From Podarcis bocagei (taxonomy: Eukaryota), in the NCBI GenBank assembly GCA_964188305.1, contig OZ076903.1: DNA of 64,000 nucleotides, one strand, 5' to 3'. A program made the translations under genes and the position numbers. Positions 10,872 through 22,991 of the stretch are shown piece after piece. The first letter of the stretch is position 1, and every line of letters starts with the position of its first letter. Under the pieces are notes generated by a model. The model ran no database searches. It saw only the letters and a list, made by a program, of their open reading frames with translations, and was not told the origin of the DNA.

Positions 10872-11707
10872 ATAGTTTCCTTCTTAGTTCTGTGCTTTCC
10901 TTTCATATATCCATATTAACTTCCTTCAAATTATTTACACAGCATTGTGAGGTGGCCTGTATATGGTTAATCAGAGCTCTGAAGATGCTGTTTTTTTCCT
11001 TAATGGCTGCAGCTCTTTCCATGAATGGTCGATTCTCCTGTATGTTATGTGCCTCAGAAAGAACAAGCAGCACTGCAATGGGAATGAACAGAGACTTGAG
11101 AATGAACAAAAGTAAGCGGAAACTAGAGGATCCAGCTTTTGTAGGGGTAATCTTCTGCCTGAAGTAGGAGATAATCTCCTGCGGAACTTTCCAGTTCTGT
11201 GGTTTTAAGTCTGGGATCCGCTAAACCGCTTTAACTAGGAGGAACGTTGAAGATTACTTTCATAGATGTATCATTTATTCAAATGTTTGCAGGCAGATGA
11301 TAGAGAGTGACTAAAGAATATACAGATACTGTTCCTGAAAAGCAAGTGCTGCCAGCAAGGGATCTGTATAAATAACAAAAGCCCGACAGTTTTGACTCAG
11401 GCTGTGTACGCATTTCCATTTTCCCCCAGCTCTAATTCTAGCGCACTCCCACCACTTGTGTTTGAATCCAAGCACACGTGACTTAAGCCACAGTCCTTAT
11501 GTGTCCTGCAGCATCTTGAGAAATGCTGGTGTTCAATGTCTTTCCCCTCAAACCAGCTTCCATCTCATAGAAAGCTATACATTGCAGCATTTTTTAAATT
11601 TTATTCAGCTATTATGTTTGCTAGTCCGTTTCCTTACCAAGTAATTCAGAGAGACTTACACTAAAAAAACCCTCAAACTAAAGCCCAGGCGCAAAGAAAA
11701 GACTTTA

Positions 11708-11933
11708 CAGTGGTACCTTGGGTTAAGAACTTAATTCGTTGTGGAGGTCTGTTGTTAACCTGAAACGGTTCTTAACCTGAAGCACCACTTTAGCTAATGG
11801 GGCCTCCTGCTGCCGCTGTGCCGCCGCTGCATGATTTCTGTTCTCATCCTGCAGCAAAGTTCTTAACCCAAGGTAATATTTCTGGGTTAGCAGGGTCTGT
11901 AACTTGAAGCATATGTAACCCGAGGTACCATTG
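11708..11933. mobile_element. Tigger/mariner-like MITE
   Basis: TA-CAGTGGTACC...GGTACCATTG-TA termini; paralog at ~38867-39087. Confidence 0.8.
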
Positions 11934-11954
11934 TACTTCGGGGCTAAAACTGGG

Positions 11955-12090
11955 TGGTGGTGGTGGCAGGCCTGCCTGCCTGGGGAGAGCATTCCACAAG
12001 TGAGGGGCCACCACTGAGAAGGCCTGTTCTCATGTCACCACCCTCCAAAGCTCCATGGAGGAGAAGCACAAATAAGGGCCTCGGATGATG
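11955..12090 (-). mobile_element. Probable L2 LINE fragment
   Basis: Resembles antisense squamate L2 ORF2 3' part (gcattccacaa..gccaccactgagaaggcc); recognition only. Confidence 0.4.
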
Positions 12091-12587
12091 ACAACATGAT
12101 CCACTTTGATTCTCCTGGGAAGAGGCAGCTAAGCTGAGATGTATATTTTTCGAACAGCTCTTCAGCATGCACACGACACCCCACTGAATTGGAGTTGGGG
12201 GCGATGCAGGTGCAGGAAAACAAATCAGGTTATGAAAGACATCTCCACCCGCTTTTGATTTGAGATGTAGCAGTGCGAGTGAGGGACAAACCACTAATTT
12301 GTACCTTGCTCAAGTCTAGGAAATGAGAGCGAAAGAGTGCTGAATTAATTTCTAAAAGGATCAGATGGTGCTGGCTGTCTCTCTGAAAATCTGATGGGGG
12401 AGCCGAGAGCTATTAGACATCTGTTGGAGTGCTTAATGCTAAATTTTCACCTGTCTTCTACTTGTATATTTCTAAGTAAGCACAACTATTTCAAAATGCC
12501 ATCAAGCATCCCTCTAAGCCTATTCCAAAGGAAACCAAATGTCTGAAACTTCTCACTGCTTAGAGACTTTGTGTGTTCTTAACAGTA

Positions 12588-12933
12588 TAAGGTAAAGGTA
12601 AAGGGACCCCTGACCATTAGGTCCAGTTGTGACCGACTCTGGGGTTGCGGCGCTCATCTCACTCTATAGGCCGAGGGAGCAGGCGTTTGTCCGCAGACAG
12701 CTTCCGGGTTATGTGGCCAGCATGACAGAGCTGCTCATAGTGAACGAGAGCAGCGCACGGAAATGCCGTTTACCTTCTCACCAGAGCGGTACCTATTTAT
12801 CTACTTGCACTTGGACATGCTTTCGAACTGCTAGGTTGGCAGGAGCAGGGACTGAGAAACGGGAGCTCACCCCGTCGTGGAGATTCAAACCGCCAACCTT
12901 CTGATTAGCAAGTCCTAGGTTCTGTGGTTTAAC
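12588..12933 (-). mobile_element. Sauria SINE (minus strand)
   Basis: (AAAGGT)n tail and reverse-complement homology to SINE at 5081; paralog at ~39748-40094. Confidence 0.9.
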
Positions 12934-13022
12934 TAGCTATTGCAAAATCACTAAGTTCCTAGTGGTGGTTGCTTTTTGGGGTGTCAGGGTTGTTGTTGTT
13001 ATTATTATTATTTCTATCCAAT

Positions 13023-13803
13023 AGAAGCCGAAAAGTATCCCCGGCTGACATGATACTGAGTTTGCTTGGTTTGTTCAGATTTGCATTTCATGCCATTTTG
13101 ATACAGGTTGCAATAATAAACGTCTTTTTTGTTGACACCTTTCAGATAAGGAATGTATATATTGCATACAATGGCTAGCCTTTGGTTTGCCGCTTGGCTC
13201 AGTGTCTTGTACTGCGTAAAAATTGCTAACTTCTCCCACCCTCTCTTCCTGCAAATGAAGCAGAGATTCCCTGGACTGGTGCCTTGGCTGCTTCTGGGGA
13301 CTGTGGTCTTCTCTGCAATCACCACCACTGTGGCATTAACAGGCAGTAACATTTTTTCTAAATGTAATCTATATGAATCACATCTAAACAAGAACAATGA
13401 CTCAGCAATTAACACATCCAATTCCTGTGAGTTTCTTATCCTACTAGATATTTTATCAAATTTCCTTCCTTTCAAGATATTTTTGATCTCATCCATTTTA
13501 TTACTAACTTCTCTGTGGAGGCACAAAAATCTGTTACAAAACAGTGCAAGGGATGTCAGCACAGAAGTTCACCTGAATGCCATCAAAGCTCTGGCTTCTT
13601 TCTCCATTCTCTACGTAACTAACGTTTTTGTGGAAATCTTGTCAATAGTTTTCATTTGGATGGGCCATAACAACAATGGGGTGCATTTAATTCTTCTTAA
13701 TGTGATTGCTGCATATTCCTCTGGTCATGCCATTATCCTGCTCTTCATGAGTCCCAAACTGAAACAGGAATCAATCAAGATGCTACATCAACTAAAATGC
13801 TGA
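13023..13803 (+). pseudogene. TAS2R: TAS2R copy 3: promoter and first ~40 codons deleted, plus 23-nt frameshifting deletion at ~13173
   Basis: Starts abruptly at agaagccgaaaa (RSRK); compared with the copy at 46457 it lacks the ALWLYLN segment. Confidence 0.9.
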
Positions 13804-15665
13804 ATGAAGTATTGTATGAATGAATGCACTTTCATGTCAAAACTGAAAAGCAAGTGTTCTACCAATGTAGGTTCCTTCTTAGTTCTGTGCTTTACTTTCA
13901 TATATCCATATTAACTTCCTCCACATTATTTACACAGCATTGTGAGGTGGCTGGTATACGGTTAATCAGAGCTCTGAAGGTGGTGTTTTTTTCTTAATGG
14001 CTGCAGTTCTTTCCTTGAATGGTCAATTCACCTTTATGTTATGTGCCTCTGTAAGAGCAAGCAGCATTGCAATGGGAATGAACAGAGACAAAATAAGCTG
14101 AAAGTAGGAGATGTAGCCTTTGTGGGTAGAATCTTCTGTTTGAAGTAGGAGATAATCTTCTGGGACACTTTCGAATCCTATAATTTTAAATGTGGGGTCT
14201 GCTAAACCAGTTTAACTAGGTAGAATGTTGAAGTTTACTTTCGTAGACCTATCGTTTGTTACAATGTTTGCAGGTAGATAACAGAGAATGGGACTTCCGG
14301 GGTGGTGCCATCGGCAATGGCGGACTCCCTCTGAACCGGAGGGACCAGCTCCGCGTGAAACGGGTCCTTTCCGCTGTGGCGAAGGGGACCCTTTTAGAAA
14401 TCACAGGCGGATGAAGCCTGTGACCGTGGGACTCGGTACGCACCCTTAGCACCCCCCCAACCCCCAAAGGAACCCACTAATGGGCTCCGAAGCGAAGAGG
14501 GGGAAGTGGCGCGGTGCTGTTAGTCAATTGCTTTTTCCGCGGAGCAAAGCCGCATAGCTGTTGCCGGAGAGCACTGCCTTTTTCCTGGGACAATTTGGCA
14601 TCTAAAATAATCACCCGTGAGTACTTAAACATTGAACAATTGGTCTGCGAATAACAACTGGCGATTAGAAAGGAATTGGACTTAAAAATTCACCTTAATT
14701 TGGTACTGAAATGGGAAGGTCTAAACAGAAAGTCAGCCTTCCGTTTCCTTGTAGTTAGAAGAAAGCAAAGATAACGTACACTAGAGCTTAGAAAATCACT
14801 TTTAAAGGATCTGTTTTCACCATTTAAAATTGTTGAACCCCCCCCCTCCGGTAGCAGGAGAAGAAGGGGGATCTTTTTTGGACTGTTTAAACCTGCAGAA
14901 GTGAGTTTAAAGTAAAGTAACTTTCCACCGTCCTGACCCTGGAGCGGGGTGTCAGAATTGACGTTTTGAAGCTCATTGACCAGAGACAAATGTTTTTGAC
15001 AGAATAGTTAAAAGAAGAGTAACATTGTGATTCCACTGTTTCCTTTCACATTTTAAAGGAACAAATATTGACAAAATATCTTAAAAAAAGAAACTTTGTT
15101 GCTATTGTCCTTAAAAGAAAGAACATCCAGAAGTTTTCCCCCTAGAGGGGGACTGTGAAACTGTAACCAATTCTAGGGAGCTTGCAGCTGCCACAGATTA
15201 CAACCGTGGGAAAGGACTTGTGACCTTGCAGGACAATGTTTTCAGAAGCACTGTTGGGTGCTTTCTGTAAAATAAATGCCCTATTGGATCAGTTAAGTCA
15301 GAAGACAGATTTGATGACTAATGCGGCCAGAGCATTTGAACAGGTAGTGGGAAATTATATGGAGCCCACCCAGGAACTTAAACAGGGGTGTGTCCTGACA
15401 GAGCAGATGAGAGAAGAGGATGTTGCAGAATCTTGGGCGCCAGAGATGGAGGGACTTTTGGCCCAGCAGGAAAATGAGCCTTTGGATTTGACAAATGAAC
15501 TTGGAAAAAACCAGATTTGGAAAGACAAAGTTTGGATTGATTTGGAAATGGGGGTTGGACTGACCCCCCTATGCAGGGATGTTTGGACTTTCCGAGTCTG
15601 GCAATGGGCCGTCAGAGGTTTGGAGCTGTTGGGACTTCCAATTTTGGAGGGAATTTGAAACATGT

Positions 15666-16491
15666 TGTCAGGGGCTCAGGAACAGAGGTACAGGGGAGAG
15701 AGGAAATGGAGAGCGAAGGGGAAGAATCTGAGGGCAGCATAGGGGAGTATGACAGTGGCCCGAGAGATTCCATGAGCTTCTCCAGCGAATCAGAAGATTC
15801 CCAGAAGGAGGCGCCGATGGTCAGGGCAAGGGGGGTCCCAGGGGAGACACACCAGAAACAAGGGGCCAGCGGGGACTCCCAAAGCAGCAGCGGGAGATCA
15901 GGACCAGCTTCCCCACCAGAGCGTAGTGGGGGGGGAAGAGTCCCATGTGTCAGGGCCAGTGTCTCCTCCAGCAGGGAGAGAAGATGAGTCAGGGCTGACC
16001 ACGCCTCTATCGGAGAGTGGGGGAACGGAGGGGAGGTCAGGTCCAGCTAGCCTCCCGAAGGGGGAAGCAGTGACAGGAGCAGTGTAACAGTCAGGAGGAA
16101 GGTTGCCGGCTGGGCGCGCGCGCCAAGTTCAAATGTACAGGCGTGTGGGACAGCAGAAAACCCAGATTGGGAACCAGGTCCTAAAGCCCGCCGGAGGCAG
16201 GGGGGAAGACTCAGGGGACTCGGCATCAGAAGAGTCTAGGAAGGGCGAGACCCCAGCTGACAGGCGGAGCCAGAGGAGGAAAGAGCAAAGGAAGAGGTGG
16301 AGCAAGGCTAGAGTCTTAAACTGGTGTCTGGGGGGAGGAGATTCAGACGGAGCCTCGGCGGTCTAGAGTTTCAGATGTAGAGCTGCACGCTGCGGCTGTG
16401 AAAGCGAAAATGAATTTCAATAAAGACTTTTGTATATAACAACGAACTGGCGTTGGTCCTTTGTGAGCTGGGACCTCGGGCAGCTCTGACA
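15666..16491 (+). repeat. 5' LTR (826 bp)
   Basis: Direct repeat of 21492-22288; contains AATAAA. Confidence 0.95.
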
Positions 16492-16545
16492 GTAAGCTCT
16501 GTCTCAAAAAAAATTTTTTTTGCGAGCTCACGAAGATAGGCAAAG

Positions 16546-17625
16546 ATGACTACAGAGGAGAAGGTGACAGAACTGCAAGAAGCAGTCACGAGGCTTTACG
16601 CAGAAGTAGCAGCATCCAGAAAGAGAGAAGAGGAAGCAGAAGCGCTCTGCCGAGATCTGCAAACCAGGTGGGAACGTTTGGGCAAGGAGGGGCTGCCAGG
16701 ACCCAAGCCAGAGGGAGTTGGCCTCGGGAAGAGGGGGGGGCAGCATCGTAGCCCACTTCGACGGGAGCCTGCAGCAGTATCCTAACTTCAGAGCAGACAT
16801 AGTTTTCGCGCTCAATTTGCTTCGGAAAGACTTTAGAGATGAGGAGGAGAAAGTAGGGTTCATAATAACTCATCTGCATGGGGAAGCTAAAGCGTGGCTG
16901 CGCAATTTATGGTGCGAAAATGATCCCGCCCTTCAAGACTCAAAAGCATTTATCAAGGCTATGGACGATTGTTTTCAATCAACGGTAGATGTGGATGTGG
17001 CCAGGAGGGAAATGCACGGGCTGAAGCAGGGCAAAGCCACGGTGAGACCATATCACTCCCGCTTTTTTGCGTTAGTAAATGTGCTGGGCTGGGAGAAGGA
17101 CTCCGCTGCCGTAAGGGATCTGTTCTGGGAGGGGCTAAATTGGGCCGTGAAAGATGAGCTGGCGAGGGGGGAGAGACCTAACAGTACCACAGAAGTCGTC
17201 CAGAGAGCGCTGGCGATAGGGGTACGCCTGGAAGAACACCCTTGGAGCAGGGATGAGGGACGTATGGCACGCACACCAGCCAGAACAACTCCCTTCGTAC
17301 CCAGAGAGACAGGGCGCGCACAATCCACGCCTCCACTGGGGGGGGGGGAGAAGAGCCGATGGAGATAGGTGGTGCCAGGGCTCAGACAGCGACCAGAGCC
17401 CAAACACCAGGAACAGTCAAGACGAAGGCTCCTAGAGGGAGCAGGAAGTGTTACATCTGCGACAGTGCACAGTACATGGCCAAAGAGTGTCCCCAGAGGA
17501 TCCAGAAGCACACTGCAGCCTCAGCAACAGTAAGGGGAGCAGTGCAGCAGGGGGAACAGCTACAGGGAAACGACGAAGCCTGGTTGGAGGCACAGGCACT
17601 TGGGCCCAGCCAGGTGAGTCAGTGA
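16546..17625 (+). pseudogene. Gypsy gag (frameshifts in G-runs at ~16735 and ~17342)
   Basis: N-terminal coiled-coil-like segment, FDG..KVGFIITHLHGEAKAW, LKQG, PMEIG, CxxC....Y....C knuckle (His to Tyr). Confidence 0.88.
17565..17614 (+). promoter_or_regulatory. -1 programmed ribosomal frameshift signal gag/pol
   Basis: G GGA AAC in gag register, pol in -1 frame, 7-nt spacer, then stem cctggttgg (17579-87)/ccagccagg (17606-14). Confidence 0.8.
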
Positions 17626-20600
17626 AGCAGTCCCCAGAGATTTTGCAGCCCACAGACCCCCTCCCACCCAAACCAGTGGTGCAACTCACCGCATCACTCC
17701 AGCTGCCCAATGGACTCACCCTGGAAGTCCCTATTACCATTGACTCTGGTAGTAATGCAGACTTTGTAGGAGTGGACTTCATCAGGCAACATCGCATAGC
17801 GCTCCTACCAGCCACGATGCCCCTAAACGTCGTCACGGTCGATGGCCGAGAGCTACTGGGTTGACAGGTGGTACAGCAAACACCGCCTATGGTAATGCAA
17901 ATTGGAAATCACCACGAAGTCATCAGCTTCAACGTCACCCACCTGTCGGACACGCCCATAGTGTTGGGCATGAGTTGGCTGGATAGGCACAGCCCGGCAT
18001 TAGCATGGTACCAGCGGCAATTGACCTTCTGCTCCTCCTACTGTGCAGAACACTGCATCCGGACCAGCCAGGAAGAGGAGGGGCAAGAGGATGAACAGCA
18101 GCTACACCTAGGCATGGTGCAAGCGGTACCCAACAAGTACAAGGTGTTTTTGGAGGTCTTCTGCGAGAAGGAAGCGGACAAGCTGCCTCCCCACAGGCCC
18201 TACGACTGCATGATTGACCTCCTACCGGGGGCGACGCTGCCAACTGGAAAACTGTATTCCATGTCTGAAGACAAACTGCAAGAACTCAGGGAGTTCATAG
18301 ATCACAACTTGAAGTGGGGATTCATCCAGGAATCCAAAGCAGTGGGGGGCAGTCCCGTGTTTTTCGTGAAGAAGAAAGACGCGCCCCAACGGAGACTGGT
18401 AGTTAATTACAGGATCATCAATTCCAAGACAAAGCCCACAGCATTCCCCATGCCCAAGATCGACGACCTGCTCGCGACAGTGAGGAAGGGACGAATCTTC
18501 ACCAAGTTGGATCTACGAGGGGCATATAACCTTATACGCATGCGGGAGGGCAATGAGTGGAAGACGGCCATGTTTACGCCTTTAGGCACCTATGAATATC
18601 GTGTTATGCCGTTTGGTCTGCAAAATGGCTCCCATTGTTTCCAAGCCTTCATGCACCACGTGTTAGCGGGCCTCCTCTACAAGAAGTGCGTATGCTTCCT
18701 AGACGACATCCTGATCTTCTTGGAATCGCAGGAGGCTCATGAGGGAGACGTCAAGGAGGTCCTGCAGAGACTACGGGAGCACAGACTTTACGCCAAACTG
18801 GAGAAGTGCCAGTTCGACGTGACGGAGGTGGATTTCCTGGGCTACAAGCTGTCCGACAAGGGACTCGCCATGGACAGCACCAAGGTCCGCTCGGTGTTGG
18901 ACTGGAAGAGCCCGTGCAATCGGAAGGAGGTCCAGAAGTTCGTCGGCTTCGCCAACTTTTATCGCAAGTTCATCAAGGGGTTCGCGAAGGAGACGGCGGC
19001 CATCACGGACACCCTCAGCTCCAAGAGGAAGAAGTTCACCTGGACGGACCAGGCGGAACAGTCTTTTCGGAGACTCAAGCGTCTCTTCGCGTCCAAAGAA
19101 CAGCTGCTACACGTGAACCCCAGCAAACCAATGAGGGTTGAAATGGACGCCTCGGATAGAGCGGTGGGGGCGGTCCTGTTGCAGCAAGATCCGCAAGGGA
19201 ACTGGAGGCCCTGCGCATTCTACTCCAGGAAACTCAGCAAGTCGGAACAGAACTACACCATGTGGGACAGGGAGTTGCTGGCCATTCATGCAGCCTTCAA
19301 GGCGTGGCGGCACTTCCTCACCGGAGCCAGACACACTGTGCAGGTCTGCACGGACCATAAGAATCTGGAGTACTGGCACACGGCGCGGTTCCTCAACCAG
19401 AGACATATCCGCTGGGCGGAGTTCTTTGCGGATTTCGACTTCCGGATAGAATACATCCCGGGGGACAACAACGTCATGGCAGATCCAGGAAACCGCAGTA
19501 TCTCGAGGAAGCGGCACCGGTGGCAGCCAAACACATTTTTGCACCGAAAGCGTGGGCATGCGCGTCAGCCACCGTGGACCTGGACGCAGTGCGTCGCACG
19601 CTGCAGACGGATTCGCACAATCCAAGATGGAGGAGGTGCGAAGAGGCACAGCGAAGGACGACGAGTTCCAGATACGCGACGGACTGCTCACCCGCAAAGG
19701 GGCTCTCTACGTGCCGGGAGACGACCTCCGCGTGAAAGTCCTGCAGCAGTTACACGACGCGCCCAGTGCTGGGCACTTCGGCGAGGACAAGACGGCGGAA
19801 TTAGTAGCCAGAGACTTTTGGTGGCCCCAGATGAGGGGAGAAGTCGCGGATTACATCTCTAGGTGTGACACATGCCAACGGGCCAAACCAGTGCACAGGA
19901 AGCCAGCGGGACAGCTAGAACCGCTACAGACGCCGCTCGAACCGTGGGAGAAAGTGGCCCTGGACTTTGTCACAGATCTGCCCAGCTCGTGAGGCAAAAC
20001 AGCGGTACTAGTGGTCGTAGACCTGTTCACCAAGATGGCGCACTTCATTCCTTGCGCGAAGGTGGCCACAGCGGAACAGACCGCCAAGCTGTTCATAGAC
20101 CACGTGTTCAAAGTTCACGCCTTACCATGGTCCATCCTGTCCGACCGGGGTCGCCAATTCATCTCGAGCTTCTGGCAGAAGCTGCTGGGCATCCTGAACG
20201 TCAAGATCAACTTAGCGTCGGCACGACACCCGCAGACCAACGGACAAGCGGAGAGGGTCAGCGCCATCATGCAGCAGTACCTGCGATGCTACGCGAATCA
20301 ACAGCCCTCGACCTGGGTGGACTACCTGCCGCTGGCCGAGTTTGCCTACAACAACACGAAGCACGGGTCTACAGGGGTGACACCGTTCTTCGCCAACAAT
20401 GGGCGGCATCCCAGAACCTTCCCGGGGTTAGAGACGAAGGGGGAGGGGGAGCCACGAGGGGGAGCTGAGCACTTGGCAGCAGAGTTACAGGAGGTCCACG
20501 AGCAACTCCGAAGGCACTTGGACCTAGCAAAACACGCCTACAAAATGCAGGCAGGCAGACAGGCACAGGAGAGTCGGGGAAGACATCCAGGTGGGGGACT

Positions 20601-21220
20601 GGGTCTGGTTAGCAGCCCAGGCAGTGCCGGCCAGAACATTAGCTAAGAAGAAGCTCAGACACAAGCAGCTAGGGCCTTACCAAGTCAAGGCACAGATCAA
20701 TCCAGTGGCCTTCCGGTTGACACTCCTGGAGGGCTCCAGAATGCACCTGGTCTTTCATAGGTCAGTGCTCACGCCCTACAAGGAACCCCACAGGTTTCAG
20801 GCGCCAGGGACCGCACCACACCCACTCAGAAAATCGCCAACGGGGGAGGAGTCACCGAGGGCGGCGCAACTCAACGAGGCCACGGAGATTTTAGACTCGA
20901 GATGGGGGGAAGAGGGAGTTGAATATCTCCTCGCCAGGGAAGGTACCCCGGCCAGCGCCAACAGGTGGGTACCGTACTATACCGTGGAGGAGCACTACCT
21001 CAAAGACGAGTTCCATGCACTCTTCCCACACAGACCTATGCTGGCAGATTATTTCGACGACTGGCTTTTCACACCCACACTTTCAGCCAGGGATTCTCAT
21101 CAGCTGAGGAAACGGCGCCAGAAACAAGCTCCCCAGAGGGATCACTCTCAGGGTTTGCCACAGACCGCTCTTATTGGTGGGACAATCAACCGGAGGTGGG
21201 GTGGAGCGGGGAACTGCTAA
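17568..21220 (+). pseudogene. Gypsy pol: protease (IDSG), RT (FLDD), RNase H (MDASD, DRELLAI, TDHKNL), integrase (HHCC, LDF/SDRG/QAE), chromodomain
   Basis: ORFs 17448-17864, 17868-19862, 19552-19992, 20011-20646, 20591-21220; stops at 17862 and 19990, several frameshifts. Confidence 0.93.
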
Positions 21221-21491
21221 GGGGGCCCTTACACACAGCATCACCCGAGGTAACAGGGGGAGGGAAGGACATGGACACGTTGGGGGAGGATCCTGGGTTC
21301 GAGCATGAATGCAGAGAGATGGAAGCAGAGGAGATCGACGTCGACGAGCCCATTACGGGCTGGCAGGATCCAGCTGGTCAACTGCACACCAGGGGGAAAG
21401 AACGGTATCCCGCACTCACCCCCACAGCACTGGAGCACCTGGAACCCGCACCCGAAGAGGGGGAGGGGGAGGGGGGCTTCGAGGGGGTGGA

Positions 21492-22288
21492 TGTCAGGGG
21501 CTCAGGAACAGAGGTACAGGGGAGAGAGGAAATGGAGAGCGAAGGGGAAGAATCTGAGGGCAGCGTAGGGGAGTATGACAGTGACCAGAAAGATTCCATG
21601 AGCTTCTCCAGCCGATGGTCAGGGCAAGGGGGGGTCCCAGGGGAGATGCACCAGAAACAAGGGGCCAGCGGGGACTCCCAAAGCAGCAGCGGGAGATCAG
21701 GACCAGCTTCCCCACCAGAGCGTAGTGGGGGGGAAGAGTCCCATGGGTCAGGGCCAGCGTCTCCTCCAGCAGGGAGAGAAGATGAGTCAGGGCTGACCAC
21801 GCCTCTATCGGAGAGTGGGGGAACGGAGGGGAGGTCAAGTCCAGCTAGCCTTCCCGAAGGGGGAAGCAGTGACGGGAGCAGTGTAACGGTCAGGAGGAAG
21901 GTTGCCGGCTGGGCGCGTGCGCCAAGTTCGAATGTACAGGCGCGTGGGACAGCAGAAAACCCGGATTGGGAACCAGGTCCTAAAGCCCGCCAGAGGCAGG
22001 GGGAAGACTCAGGGGACTCAGCGTCAGAAGAGTCTAGGAAGGGCGAGACCCCAGCTGACAGGCGGAGCCAGAGGAGGAAAGAGCAAAGGAAGAGGTGGAG
22101 CAAGGCTAGAGTCTTAAACTGGTGTCTGGGGGGAGGAGATTCAGACGGAGCTTCGGCGGTCTAGAGTTTCAGACGTAGAGCTGCACGCTGCGGCTGTGAA
22201 AGCGAAAATGAACTTCAATAAAGACTTTTGTATATAACAACGAACTGGCGTTGGTCCTTTGTGAGCTGGGACTCAGGCAGCTCTGACA
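21492..22288 (+). repeat. 3' LTR (797 bp)
   Basis: Roughly 20 substitutions (mostly CpG transitions) and a 28-bp deletion relative to 5' LTR, counted by eye. Confidence 0.95.
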
Positions 22289-22991
22289 CATGTCTTAAAA
22301 TACCACATGGAGTCTAGTCTGGACAATGGGAAAGGGGCTGATTTGTTGAAAAGGGTCAAAAACACTACCAAGCTGGAGTTCCCATGAGTGAAAGGAAAAT
22401 ATGAAGAAGAGCTGCGGAAGGGACATGGAAGAGATTTGACGGCCTCGTATATAAGATCACCAGGTTAATGTGCCAGACTAATGGGATAAAACAGACTGAC
22501 AATCCCGGGACCGGGGGGAGGGGACACTGGAAGAAGACTGGGTTGTTTTTATTTTTATTTTTATCATTAGAAATGTTTTATGAACGTTGGAAAAATGTTG
22601 AAATGAAATTACTTGGCTCTTGTAAAAATGTTTAAAGAATTAGGTAAAAAGGTAATGGTTATGAGAAGCTGGTAAAAATAAGATTTAAGTCTTAAGTTTT
22701 AAGGTTTTTTATAAGATAAGATGAAAATAGAATAAGGTAATGTAATGAAAGAATATTGTGAATTATGGAAAGGATTTGCTGTGACAATTATTAATCAAGA
22801 TACAAGAGATGGGAGGATGAGGAGGTCATGGAAAGAAGGTAATGAAAGTGGAGAATTTGAAAATGATGGTTTTATTTTTTCATTTTATTTTTCTGTTTTT
22901 GTCTTTTTTCTTTGTAATTTTTAAAACAAATTCTTTTTCAATAAATATCATTTTTAAAAAAAAAGATAACAGAGAATGGTTAAGGAATATA

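Larger units (their letters stand above)
15666..22288 (+). mobile_element. Full-length Ty3/Gypsy chromovirus (sushi-like) LTR retrotransposon, decayed
   Basis: TGTCA..TGACA LTRs, 5-bp TSD CATGT (15661-15665, 22289-22293), gag-PR-RT-RH-IN-chromodomain order, PPT 21454-21491. Confidence 0.95.
14292..22963 (+). mobile_element. Non-autonomous L1-like retroposon (~2.0 kb without the nested Gypsy element)
   Basis: CpG-rich 5' end GACTTCCGG..ATGGCG, AT-rich 3' end with AATAAA (22940-22945) and poly(A), 16-bp TSD agataacagagaatgg (14276-14291, 22964-22979); no EN/RT motifs seen. Confidence 0.75.

Noticed and set aside
17868-21220. Domesticated sushi-derived gene (PEG10/RTL-like)
   Set aside because: Both LTRs and TSD present, with multiple stops and frameshifts: a decaying insertion
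20965-22164. Possible env gene in the Gypsy element
   Set aside because: No signal peptide or transmembrane segment; low-complexity hydrophilic sequence
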